Source: Nemertoderma westbladi (Eukaryota; Animalia; Xenacoelomorpha). From it: DNA of 64,000 nt. The stretch covers positions 8,761 through 72,760 of the forward strand of contig JAUCBJ010000924.1 in assembly GCA_032718475.1 (NCBI GenBank), given 5' to 3'. This document shows positions 27,412-40,324 of this stretch, piece after piece (position 1 is the stretch's first letter; the number at the start of each line of letters is the position of its first letter). Under the pieces are notes generated by a model. The model was not told the origin of the DNA, made no database searches, and worked only from the letters and a program-made list of their open reading frames with translations. A program made the translations under genes and the position numbers.

Positions 27412-27620
27412 CGCAAGCCTTCCTTCTCTATCTCGCTCCTCCAAAACCAATGTCCAATATAAATACCCAAATATAATATCCAAATATAAATATCCAAATA
27501 TAATATCCAAATATAAATATCCAAATATAAATATCCAAATATAAATTTCCAAATATTATATCCAAATACAAATATCCAATCGGTAGGCTCGCAAGCCTTC
27601 CTTCCTTCATCTCGCTCTCC
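27412..27620. repeat. ATCCAAATATAAAT micro-array bracketed by a direct repeat
   Basis: 12/21-bp units; CGGTAGGCTCGCAAGCCTTCCTTC at about 27403 and 27581. Confidence 0.8.
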
Positions 27621-28866
27621 TATTCCTTAGCCGATCGGGCTCGTCCACGCCCTCTAATACGATTGGGTGGTGGTCGGGATCGAACTGGACTCGGACTTCG
27701 GTGTCGAGCTGTCGGTGGTTCCAAAACGCTAGGAAAGGGGACGACGGGAGTTTCACACATCCGTCGTGCGCTCAGTCCTCTAAATCCTCGTCCGATTCCA
27801 ATCATTGGCTTAACATCGGATCAAGTCTCCACAATGCTAGGAGGAAGTCTAAAGGGTGGGACTGTTCCGTCCACTGACACCTCTCGCTCTATGACGTCGT
27901 CTGAATTCTAATGGGTTCCAGCAAAGCACATCCTGTCCCTCCGCGTGGTTCTCTAGTGAAGGAAACCGTGCCCCGAGTCATCCAGATTTGCGACTTCGAT
28001 TTCGTCCTCTCGGCGACATTTACTACCTTCTTTATCTCTTGTCCGGCCTTCTGGGCTCTAAGTATACGAAGTTGCGGATCTTCCTGTGGGTGTCGAGTCT
28101 TTTAGGTTAATGGCGTGACCTTGAAGCCAGTCTCACGCAGAACGTCCGCCTCATCTAGAATACACGAGGTTATGCATTTGTGATAAAATGCGCTCTGGTA
28201 TGCCCAAGCTATCGAATGCCAGGCTCCTTGATTCCGCTGTTCAACTCGCAATTTGTCGAATTCCCCGGCGGTAATCTTGTTCACCACAGTTTGAAAGTTC
28301 CATGTGTTCTTATTGTCGGGGTGTACCTATAGAAAGTAGTCCCGAACAACCTTAAATCCGCTATCCAAAGGCAATATATCCAGCTCCTCCAAGAGTTCAT
28401 CGTATTGAGGCATAGCTGACACATATCCTTCTTTCGACATTATGAGAGGGTTTACGGCCCAAAATCCCAAGTGTGCTCTCATAGGGAAACGGTTTCGCTG
28501 TGTCGATACATGCTCGTCTGCTAGATTCTCCCAATGGTCGAATAGCTGTCGAATGATTTTAACTGACATATGCTCATAGCGGATGTCCCTAAGTTGACAC
28601 TCTGATGCCCTATGACCTTTAATGTTACAATACGTGCACTGCGCCACGAAACACCAGCAAGTGTAGAAAGTGTGCGAATGTTGATCCCCACACCAGTTAC
28701 ATACTAAGTCCGGTAGAGATATATGTTTCGCTTCATTTCTTTGCGTGGTGGCCAGTTGCCCCGCATCTGCCACAAATAGTGTTGGCAGGGTACCAAACTC
28801 GCTCATAGATGAGATCTCCGATGGGGCGAGCGCTACCGTCCAAACACTCTTTTTACGTGGGAACAC
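27620..28866 (-). pseudogene. Decayed ORF with a CCHC zinc knuckle and Arg/Pro-rich C-terminus, family unknown
   Basis: CNWCGDQH..C and CTYCNIKGHRASEC; ORFs 28327-28866 and 28102-28287 share a frame, split by one stop; ends RSPSPVRSRPPPNRIRGRGR. Confidence 0.5.
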
Positions 28867-29150
28867 AGATTTGTAACCAGGTACAGAGATTCGTAACTGG
28901 GAACTCCAATTCGTAACCAGGTTCTCAGATTCATTAATGGTAACTCAGATTCGAAACCAGAAAGTCAGATTCACGACCATAAACTAAGATTTGTAACAAG
29001 GTACTCCAATTTCATTTCATTTCATTGATCATTATCATAATTGTGAGAACAGATTCGTACCAAGGCGCTTTGATTTGTAACCGAGAACTCATTTGTTACA
29101 AGAATCTCAGATTTGTAACCAGAAAGAGATTTGTAACTTGGTAACTGCAA
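28866..29150. repeat. Degenerate approximately 21-bp repeat array (transposon subterminal type)
   Basis: CAGATT(T/C)GTAACCAG-like units, about 10 copies. Confidence 0.7.
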
Positions 29151-29299
29151 CCAATTGACAGTTTTTATAAAATATCGGTTCCTTATCGGGCTGCTAGTCC
29201 AGTCCCTAGACAACCTTTATTATTCATTATAACAAAAGTTCAATCTACAACTAACGTCATACATAGTTTACTAGTTTAAATTGCAACCCGAGAGCAATT

Positions 29300-31775
29300 T
29301 ATTGTGTCTACCAATATATAAGAAAGTTACGAAACGTTCCTGTAAAAGCTTTTGCGGAATTAGCCGGTTATTTTCCCCGCAAAGTACTCTGTAGTTGGTT
29401 TAACAGGCATAAAAAGCCGTATCCTTACTGTACTGGTGTTTTAGTGGACATAAAAAGCCATTTCTTCTGTATGTGTACTTTAGCGGACATAATTAGCAAT
29501 TCTATGTCGCAATGCGCTAGATCCTCTTGAAACAGTGTAGTTACTATGACGACAGCTAACAGCTGATCTGTACACGTGTAGCTTTTCCTTGTTCTCTGGT
29601 GTTTCTTTGTTCGATCAACCAATCAGAGCGATTCTCTTGCTTTTTGTACAGAAACCTCCAAGAAATCGCGCATACTGTAGATTGGAGGTAGTAGAGTCCA
29701 ATACTAAGAATTACACAACCGGGGCTACTGCTACTTGGAGGTAAAGACGGGCATTCTAGAACACCCCCCAGAAAACGGCGAGTGCCATCTCGGATATATA
29801 ACTCAATAGCATCCCCATTGGAGCGGTTTACCTCATGCCGAATGGAGATCCCAGGTACAGTGGCTAGAACTGTAGCACTTTTTGTTACAAGGGAGAGTTG
29901 TTGGTGCCCATTTGGGTAACTATTTAAAACAACATTATGTAATGTCTCCTCAGTTTGGGTTTGGAATGAATGAGGTATTCATTCCAACTTTATTTAACGT
30001 TGAATATACAACTTTTACTAAGTCTTTAATAAAGTCGGCAGGGTTTTCTACTGACAGAAGATGCTTATGGAGTGGAGGTGAAGATGACAGGATCTATTGG
30101 TCTATTGTCTGGTCTATTGTCTGTCACGTGAAAATCAAAGTCTGCCGACAATGAAGCCACAGACAACCCATGGTAGCCACCCATGTTCTTGAGCACGGTA
30201 AAGCTGCTGGTGTACTTACCAACCTTCCCGTCTCTCACCGTATTAGGTACAACAGTAGCTGGCGCCAGTCTATCTGGGTATTGGAGGGGATCAGGTCGAG
30301 GATGGCGAGGAACGTGTATGTAGAGTTTCTGTGCGTTCTTATGTTCGTCACACAGAACAACACAGATTCCCAGCTTGGGGTCTAAGACGAGACTCGGAGC
30401 CACTTCCCATGAGAGTATTGTAGAACGAATAAACCAGTCCTCTCTGGTTCCTTGGACTAGTTGGGGTTTCGGTCTGAAGGTGGAGAAGTTGGGGACCCAG
30501 AAGTGGAGGAAGTGGTGTAGCTGTAAGAGGTTTCCTTGCTCTAGAAACTCCCCACAACCTAATGGGCACCGGATGGCATAGCAGGGGTATTTATTGAGGG
30601 CGTTTATATTTCTGCCATCGAATAAACTACCCACTTCGGTTTTAAACCAAGCCCTGACCGAAGTTATGTCCTCAAAGCAAGGCGCAATATGAATATTTGC
30701 ATGGACTGAATGGGAATATATATTTTCCAGTCCCTCCCACGCATTCCTTAGTGTTTGTGGAATAATTTTCCACACTAACCCTTCCATTGCAGTGGTCACT
30801 AACGACCACAAGTAGGCTGGCCCACCGTCACTCCACTTAGGATGTATTGCGTTTGTGGTAAGGTACGCCTTACATGGGCAACACAACAAGAATTCGCCAC
30901 GAACTGGCGAACTTGTCCGAACTGGCGCCAAATTATTGCTCCCACAAACTGCTGGAGAGGGACTTCCATTCCATCGACAGGCTGTCGCATACAGTTCTCG
31001 CACCTACCATCTAGTACAATCTCATAGTTTTTTAATCTTGTGTCTGTCACATCGTCTTCCGATTCTGATGGCTCCTCACTGGAACTCCAGTTATCATGAA
31101 CGCCAACATTCACAGGGTCTTCCACCCCCACCCCCACATTCTGATGTTTCCTATTTATATTAATATTACGGTATATTAGTGGAACGGTATTACTTTCAGT
31201 TTCTAACACAATCACTGTGTGATGGTAAAGGCAACTCTGTGTGCTGGCTAGACAACTGATTAATTTGTGTACGATGTATAAGGGATACATAGTGCGGTCC
31301 CAAGTCATGGATGTAACCCAGAAATATTTCCCGCCCAGTAAATCTGCCCTCCCTATGAATTAGCCCACTACCCGAATTGAAAATACGTAAGTTTAAATTT
31401 AGAATTTTTGATAGGATAGTAAGTGAAAATTGATCCCCCACTCTAGCCCAGTACGTACCCTATCTATATAAGTTTGATATGTACAACCCACTGGTAAGAT
31501 TGGAATCAAGAAGTCCCCGTATAGGCGTATATGTGTTCCCTCACCCAGAGTTGATTGTGATACCCCTAAGTTCTGCAACCGAATACCGTTGGCCGGTTTC
31601 CACCAGTAGTGCGTGCCGGATGGTTAGATACATACATACAGTCACCGCCGCCCCCACATTCGATGGCTTCTCGTCCGATGGTGTTTGCGAACTGGACGGT
31701 GGCAACTGTTCCACGGGAATTCGCAGTTGTTATGGAATTATATCCATGTATATAGAGAGCTGCCGAGGAACCTAA
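29300..31775 (-). mobile_element. Helitron-like element copy A (5' part: OTU + Cys-rich region), decayed
   Basis: 30065-31003 (CPLGCGEFLEQGNLLQLHHFLH..LSWEVAPSLVLD) is clearly homologous to 51904-52140, and 29750-29880 to 51690-51820. OTU motifs GGGGDCMY (about 31630-31655) and GDQFSL..IFLGY..HYVSL. The lower boundary is approximate. Confidence 0.75.
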
Positions 31776-32379
31776 AACAATATGGTATTTATATAGATAG
31801 ATAGGGATAACTAATTATTTGTGGCACATAATTAGTATTATTCGTGGCCCAACATAATTGATTTACACTGTCACATCATTTTTTTTTAACACTAGAACAG
31901 CCAAGCTGAGTCAATTGACTCATTTGCATGTTTGAACCTCTCTCAACAAAAAAGTTTTGCACGTATCGATTTGAAATTTTTAGAGTTTTAATATTTTATA
32001 GATAGGTATCTAAATACAAAATTTCAGCAAAAAAGGTGATGCCCATCAGAAGATACGGATGAGTATACCTAGAACAGCCAAGCTGAGTCAATTGACTCAT
32101 TTTGATATAAATGCGTTTTGATGAGAGAGGATGAGAGAGATTTTTTTTTAATACATGGAATGTTTAAAATATAATATTCCTGGGACAATATTAAATAATT
32201 ATTTTGGCACATAATTTCTAGCCAAATAGTTAAATAATGTGCTACCAGTTGTATAATACAATAAGATGCAAGTTTAATCAAAACCGCGCCACTTTAATTA
32301 AAATATGTGAATGCATTGCATTGGTTATATTTGTATATTTTTATAAATTTATATTGTATAAAACATTATTTGCTTAAAT

Positions 32380-32924
32380 ATAACTTACTCATACGAAGTT
32401 AAGGTTCCAGAATACTACCAGCGCGGCATACAATAGGTAACAAACGGGGGTACAATGGTAGTAAATATAATTACTTGGTGGTCTATTTGATATAACTTAG
32501 TCATACAAAGTTAAGGTTCCAGAATACTACCAGCGCGGCATATAACTGGTAACAAACGGGGGTACAATGGTAGTAAATATAATTACTTGTTGGTCTATTT
32601 GATATAACTTAGTCATACGAAGTTAAGGTTCCAGAATACTACCAGCGCGGCATATAACTGGTAACAAACGGGGGTACAATGGTAGTAAATATAATTTACT
32701 TGGTGGTCTATTTGATATAACTTAGTCATACGAAGTTAAGGTTCCAGAATACTACCAGCGCAGCATACAACTGGTAACAAACGGGGATACAATGGTAGTA
32801 AATATAATTACTTGGTGGTCTATTTGATATAACTTAGTCATACGAAGTTAAGGTTCCAGAATACTACCAGTGTGGCATATAACTTACTCATACAAAGTTA
32901 AGGTTCCAGAATACTACCAGCGCG
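32380..32924. repeat. 112-bp tandem array with TACCAGCGCGGCATA..CTGGTA core
   Basis: Core at 32420, 32532, 32644, 32757, 32869, plus a short unit at 32919. Confidence 0.92.
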
Positions 32925-33840
32925 TCTGACGGGATCAGGGGATCCCGACCGGTTTGGTTTATTTACGCGTCGCCGCATGGTTAGGAAAACAGTTGTTATA
33001 GTTCTTCCAATATTGTTAATACAGTTCGATAATATAATATATAATATAGAGTGATAGCATGAGATAACAGCAGATCGGTAACCGGTAAATGTTGTACGGT
33101 AATATATTGATGGCGGCGGTGACGGTGTTAAAGTGTCACCGTACTGCCCTGGGTGACTGAGATAACTGAATTGAGATTGAAACTGACCGGTAATATATTT
33201 GATTACCTACTGTACTTGTGGCCTGATTACTTAGCGGATGCAATTACTTTGGCTCTGATTGGCCAATAACCTAATTCTCGGCTCCCACCTCTGTGGGAGT
33301 GTTTCCCCCCTCGCTGCTGTCACTTTCCTCTCCCGGAGGTTTAACCTCTGACCTCCCTTTGTGTGGCCCTTCGGGGTTTGTTGTCCCCGTTTATTGGGTG
33401 TGTGATACGAGGTTAATTGGGGATTAACCTCGTCGGTCCCATCTTCATCCGTTTTACCTGCTTGCCACTTAGTTTTGGCGTTAGGCACTTTAAGTTTGGT
33501 TTTTGGTACAATAACCTGAGGGTTCCCCCCTACAACTCTTATGAGCCCCCAGGCTCTTTTGACTAGTGTCAACGAATCAATCAATACCTGTTTCAAACAA
33601 TGGCTTGTTTTCTCCCTTCATACAGATGAGTGCCATTATGGCCCGTGAGAACGACATTAAAAATTCATAACCGGATACCCGTTTTTATTTGACATCCTGT
33701 GGCCAACCTCTTAAACTGGTTATCCATGCCTTAATATTTACCCATCCATCTATGGTTACCATTTTTTCGATAATATCCTTCAACAGGGTAGCTTCAACAG
33801 GGGGCTGTCGGTACCTTCTATATATCGGAGGGAAGTCACA
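32925..33840 (-). mobile_element. Solo LTR of about 916 bp (Gypsy-type)
   Basis: T(C)TGAC...GTCACA termini; on the minus strand CCAAT (about 33260), TATA-like (about 33193) and AATAAA (about 32960) occur in order; homologous to 43993-44510. Confidence 0.72.
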
Positions 33841-34324
33841 ACGCTGGAGTATTTCCTTGTTGTCCTGACGCCATTGTTAATAATAATGGTGAGTTTATAA
33901 TATTATGGTTAAACCTCCTGCTATTGCTACAGCAATATACTGATATATACTTTCAAGTCTTGATATTTTACAATATTACCATAATGATGGATCTAAAAAC
34001 GAGTTTTAAGTGGACAGGTAGAAAATGGGAACGTACAATAACATATTAAAAAAAATAGAAAAAAATAACTTACATAATGGGGGGTATCTAATGATCAAGA
34101 TTATGATGGGATTCACTAGTCTGGACTAGCACTGCACTGAAAAAGATAAACCTTGGTTTTAACTAAAAAAACCGCCGGTTTACTAAAATAACCCTGGGTA
34201 TTTTTACACCAAAACTACCGGGGGTTATTTTAAGAAACCGGCGGTTAAAGTAACAGATAGAACCTTTGTTTCATTAATTATGATCCTATCTACAAGGACG
34301 CTTTTCCAAGCAAATAACGGTGGT

Positions 34325-35260
34325 TAATCTCTCAAAAACAAGGTTTTAAAGTATCTGAAACCATGGTTTGAGTTAATTAAATTAAGGTTTTATATTTGGG
34401 TACCATACCAGAATGGGGTTACAAATCAAAATACCAAGGTTATATTTCATGGCTAATCTCTCAAACCGAGGTTTAAAAAACCTATGAAAGCATGGTTTGT
34501 CCCTTAAACCAAGGTTTTAAAACCTAGAACACCATGGTTTGATTAATTAAATTACGGTTTTATAATTAGGCGCCATAACAAAATGAGGTTACAAATTATA
34601 ATACCAAGGATTTAATTCGTGGAATCTCTCAAACTGAGGGTTAAAAACCTATGGTAGCACGGTTTGTCCATCAAACCAAGGTTTTAAAACCTATGAAACC
34701 ATGGTTTGTGTTAATTAAATTACGGTTTTATATTTAGGTACCATAATAAAATGGTGTTCCAAATTGTAATATCAAGGTTTAAATTCGTGGAATCTCTCAA
34801 ACCGAGGGTTAAAAACCTAAGAAAGCACGGTTTGTCCCTCAAACCAAGGTTTTAAAACCTATGAAACCATGGTTTGTGTTAATTAAATTACGGTTTTATA
34901 TTTAGGTACCATAATAAAATGGTGTTCCAAATTTTAATATCAAGGTTTAAATTCATAGAATCTCTCAAACCGAGGGTTAAAAACCTAAGAAAGCACGGTT
35001 TGTCCATCAAACTAAGGTTTTAAAACCTATGAAACCATGGTTTGTGTTAATTAAATTACGGTTTTATATTTAGGTACCATAATAAAATGGTGTTCCAAAT
35101 TTTAATATCAAGGTTTAAATTCGTAGAATCTCTCAAACCGAGGGTTAAAAACCTAAGAAAGCACGGTTTGTCCCTCAAACTAAGGTTTTAAAACCTATGA
35201 AACCATGGTTTGTGTTAATTAAATTCCGGTTTTAAATTTTGGCACCACAAATCGGGGTTA
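34325..35260. repeat. 168-bp tandem repeat, about 5 units
   Basis: AATCTCTCAAA recurs at about 34455, 34623, 34791, 34959 and 35127. It is preceded by an AAACC-rich stretch from about 34135 that may be a transposon end. Confidence 0.9.
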
Positions 35261-36624
35261 TAGAAAAAGTCACCACTCACCACACCATGGATATTTTTAG
35301 AACACCGGATAACTTTACTATATAAAATAATAATAAATGTGATATATAATTGATATTCATGTTTGCCATTTTTCTTAATTCACCAACTTAGTAGGGTGAA
35401 TCTGGTGTATATAGCGACAGTGAATACTTGATGATAAGTATTTTACCAGTAACTAATATACCCAACCAACCAACCATTAACCTAAACAAATATGGTGCAT
35501 CAGCATCGTTTGCCCTATAATTTTGAAAACATTCACATAATCATATACGTACTTCTGCTTTTGGGTTCATTTTAATGAAACATTAGGCCTACTGAAAATT
35601 CTTCATGTTTACTGTGTCCACCAACGTCGTTTGTAATGTGCCAAATAGCAATAGTTGGCATGAATATAAAATCCATCATAAGTATAAAAATAAATTATTA
35701 AAAGAATATAAAAATATATTATAAAAAGAATATAAAAATAAATTATAAAAAGAATATAAAAATTTGAATGACCCACTTTTGGTACCGGTATATACCTGAT
35801 ACCCATAGGTTAATTAAATTAACTCATTAGAACTGCGATGATCGATTAAGATCAAGATTAGTGTGATTATTTCTCGAGATATTGCACATTAAAAAGAATA
35901 CATCCCTAATTAAAATTACCTCACAATCAAGAATAATGCTCATCTGAACCGAATTTATCGATTTAGTGGGGATAGACACCGATTTCTTTTGTCAAACACT
36001 GTTTTGCTTGCCAAAATACTTCACAGGCATTTTTATTCTCAACATAAGGCTGGCCTCACACGAGCAAGTTTTGTTGCGGAAATTTGTTTCTGCAAAATGT
36101 TGCTGGTCCCTTCACACGAGCAACTTTTGTAACTGGGGATATCACACTAGAGGCTCCACTTTTTCTAGCGCTTGTGGGCCTCGCAGTTTACAAGAGTGGC
36201 GGCCCAAACCCTAATTAAAGCAGTAATTAAATTTAAGAAATAAGAAATTTAAGAAATTTTGTGGAATTTCTTAAAATAGAGCCTCAAGACTTAGGGTTAG
36301 GATTTAATTACTGCTTTAATTATGGCTTGTGCCTGACCAACAAACCCTAACCAAAAAAACAAACGAATATATCCCAGTCTGTAAGTCAGTAAACTACAAA
36401 ACACCCCAATCACTAAGTAGCCTGAGTAATAAAGGTCGTACTGCTGTATGTTTTCCATATGAAAAGTGGCGCCTGTAGTGTGAAAGATCCTGTAACTGCA
36501 CTGCAACAAATATTGCACGTGGAGCCTTGCTTAAGGAACCGATTGTGTGAGGGCAAATGATGCATTCTATTAACCAGCAACCAACACAATATTATCCTAC
36601 TCAATTCAATTAAACCAACATCCA

Positions 36625-37014
36625 TCATGTAACGATTTTTCCAAGCTCCTCATCCAACTCAGCAACACCTTTAGTAAATAGTTTATTCGAAGATGAATTG
36701 ATGAGTGAAGTGTAATCATCGGCCCCCCTGTTATATTTTAAAACCATGGCTCCACTAACCAATCCATAATTGTTGGATCCGTAAAAGAACACCCAGTATG
36801 GTCTAGAACTTTTCGGCGTTCCATATGGCTCACATATTCGACTAGGCCAAAATTTGTCCCGTTTCTTAAGTTTGGCCCACACAAAATCTCCAACTTGGTA
36901 ACTATCACGAACATCCTGATCCTCACAATCAGAAACAACATCAGAGACAACAACAGCGTCAGAGGTGATGGAGATTACACCTTCCACATCAGATTCCGAA
37001 CTTGATGATGGCAC
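36625..37014 (-). pseudogene. PWWP-domain ORF fragment
   Basis: YQVGDFVWAKLKKRDKFWPSRI...YWVFFYGSNNYGLV..LFTKGVAE matches the PWWP pattern. Confidence 0.8.
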
Positions 37015-37174
37015 AGATATTTTATGACGGCAGCAAACTCTATCATTGATTCGTCCTTATCGGAATCCTTTGACGCTGAACCTGAAGTTCCTTTGTTGCG
37101 ATTTCCCTTTTCAGCTTGAACGCAGTTGTGGTGTCGTTCACTAATGGATCGGCGAAATATTATATCCTTCCATA

Positions 37175-37666
37175 TTATATTCTCCTTCTATGATGGCGAA
37201 ATTCAAACTCAGGATAGATTGTACAGACTGATAGTGATATTACATCCGAATTGTCAATGGATCTTGATGCAAAATCTGTCTCGAATATTCTCACGCATTC
37301 CCTATATGCCTTACCACCCATCTTTATTTCCTTATCATCGATATCAATCTTTAATACAGAGACCAAATCTACCTTTTCATTTAATTTGGGGATGTAATAG
37401 ATTTTATCGCCTATTTGTTCCGTTTCCAGTAGGTCACGCTTATCAGAAGCTGTGCATTTAGTAACGGTATCACAGCAACTGTTAGTGCTGGTCATGTCCT
37501 GTGAGCAAAGTGTGTCGGTGTCACATATTGGACACGTTATCCAATCGTTTTCAATTTCAATGCCGCAGCATTTCTTCTTTTTCTTTTGAACCTTTGTCTT
37601 ACATCTAGGGCAAACAGCAAATATCACCCTTAGTTCGTTGAAACCGCAATGAGAACACGGGTCCAT
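37175..37666 (-). pseudogene. Cys-rich (double zinc-ribbon-like) ORF, probably the frameshifted N-terminus of the PWWP protein
   Basis: CSHC..CPRC..CCG..CPIC; same strand and 160 bp upstream of the PWWP ORF. Confidence 0.5.
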
Positions 37667-39089
37667 TTCAAGCTCAGCTTATATAAGATTCCAGTATATA
37701 AAAGTTGTATATAATAGTAGCAAAGCAACGTTTTTGAAAATAGCTGTATATACTGATATATGTAGGTATATAATATATATATATATATATATATGCATTG
37801 GCCGATAAGGGCCAGTGCGAATATATAACTTTTGAGCATACCCAACAAACTTGCTTAGATGTAAATGAAATACTAATATGATCCACTAGGGGGCTCTAAT
37901 TAACAAGTAGTGAGGTATGGCCCTTCCAGAACTTTTTTCCTTCTAAAATATATTTTGAAATAGCAATAAATACCACGATGTTCCACGCAGTGGTGGAAGA
38001 AAATAATTGACACAATGGCCCTAATTATAGAGTTTTCTTTAAAAAAAAATAATATAGGTAGAATATAGACGCCAAAACAAGGAAAAGTAGCGAGAAACAG
38101 AAGTGCAAAAATGCAGAATCTGATAATTACATATGTTTCTACTCAACGAATTTCCCTGAAATAAATTGAACAGAAATAATTATTGATTCATGAATAATTA
38201 TTATAACTTTTGTTGGGCACAGCTTAGCAAAGTCGAGAATGACGTCCAGATGGGATCGAAGTGGTGACCGCCAGTTTGGCGCTCTTACCATTCCGCTAGC
38301 GGCTCAGGCAAAAAAAAAAGGTAGACCTTGAAATACTACCTAATATACCTACTATAGCTCCCATCTGTCAAACCATATCTGCAGCCACTATATTCGATTC
38401 TTTGTTATTATGTGCTTCGCCGTCTCTTTCCTCACTAAGCTGTGCCAAACGGAAGGTTTGATAATTTGCACAAATACAACATGAATACACATGAATAATT
38501 ATGGAAACTTGATTCATTTAGCGGCCACTACAGTTTAACAAAACATAGTTTGAAACCTAAAAAACAAGGAAATATACTTTAGGATTACAATGTTGCATGC
38601 TATTTAAGGTATGTATGGTATGGTATATAACTATGCTATGGCATGCTATCGTCCGACCCTTAGTCTTAGAGCATGCTACAGTTTATGTTTGGTTTGCTGA
38701 TATAAGATGTATGCTATGCATGCTATGATAACTAACTGTAGATGTTATGTTAGGTATGTATCCTAACATTTCACGACTACTAGAAACGATATTCTAGCGA
38801 CAGGAATATAATCCATTAGCAGTTAGTATTGAAAACACTTCAGCCTTACAAATTCAGTATGTGCTACATTATTATAGCCATTATTTATGTGCCTCTATAA
38901 ATTTCATTATTATTCTATATCTATAATATTGTTATAGGGCCTATTCCATATTTGTCATTGTCTCGACCAGCTGAATTATTATATAGTTATGCATTATGTT
39001 ATGTTATGTATGTATGCTATGGTATTATACTATGCTATGCTATACTATGCTATGATATGACATTTCCTTCATTGCGTGTATCCAATGGG

Positions 39090-39670
39090 AGATTTGTCTT
39101 GAAGGACCCAGACCAATTTAAATGGCCCTTAGGAACAGTGTCTATTGAGGGCCATTTAAGTGGCTCCAATGAGACATTGTCTTGAATGGGCCACTTTAAC
39201 TTTTTACCCTTTTTACACCTTTAACCCTATTCATGCCAGAAATAATAATAAAAAATTTACTCTTATTAGCGTGCTTAAATTCACATTTTTAGGTTTTCTG
39301 GGGCACTGATTATAAATATTCCAATTTCTTCGGAAGTTTTTTTTATTAAAATTTTGTTATTAGTTTTATTTATTATTAATTTGGCACACACCTCCGAAAA
39401 ATACAATTTGAAATGTCTAAAGCCGTTTTTATTTATTCCAATGAATTCAGAACCAACGTAAAACACATGTAATGCGAGAAACAAGATGTAGAAATCAATT
39501 CGTATCTATTGCCATCTAGGGCCATTTTAGATTTAAGTGGCTCAAATGAGACATTGTCTTAAATGGGCCACTTCCTTTTAAATGGCCCTTACAAACATTG
39601 TTTACTGAGGGCCATTTTACATTTAAGTGGCTCAAATGAGACATTGTCTTGAATGGGCCACTTCCTTTTA
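39090..39670. repeat. Approximately 115-bp repeat (3 copies) interrupted by a TTAA-CCC-terminated insertion
   Basis: GGGCCATTT..AAGTGGCTC.AATGAGACATTGTCTT.AATGGGCCAC at about 39150, 39520 and 39610; TTAACCCT at about 39221. Confidence 0.65.
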
Positions 39671-40324
39671 ATGTTAGCGTGGCTTTGACTTTCACACATG
39701 TGTAGAAGAGTGGGTTACTTTAAGGAAAACAATAAACTCAATAACATTGAGTATAATCGATAAATTGAATTGTAGAATTTAGTGAAATGTAGAATTTCAG
39801 TACTATCCAGTACTACAGTATTTGCCGCGTCACTCCATCTTCTCCTTATCGGCCACATCTGTGGCTGCGATTTCGCCCGCTTCCGCCTCTTCGCCGTTCG
39901 GCGCTTCTTTACCGTTCGGCGCTCCCACGACGTTTGCAGGTGCCCCGCTGTTAGTGTGTCCCGCGGCGTATGTCCCGCGCCGTGCCGCGCTGTATGGCAC
40001 GCGTCGGTAACCGCGTCCCCCTCGACGGCCCTGTCCGCGGCCCCGTCCGCGGCCCCGAACCGCAGTCATCTCCCCGAACCCTCTCGGTGCTTCAGTTGCT
40101 TCCGCAGACGCAAAGTGATTTTGGGTGATGGATACCCGACAATTACTAATGTTAATGGAGCTATGTTTGTCAGCCATAATAATATTAATCCACTATAGTT
40201 TATACTTGTTTTAATTTTATATAAACTTAGTAAACTTACTTAATTAATATCTATAATTACTTCAAAAGCCTACTTATTACTTAAAAGTTTTTGCTTTAAC
40301 GATTTCATTGTGTTTTTTTTTTTT

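Noticed and set aside
32380-32924. CRISPR-like array near nuclease genes (also 45643-46380)
   Set aside because: The sequences between cores are near-identical rather than unique spacers, there are no cas genes, and the context is eukaryotic.
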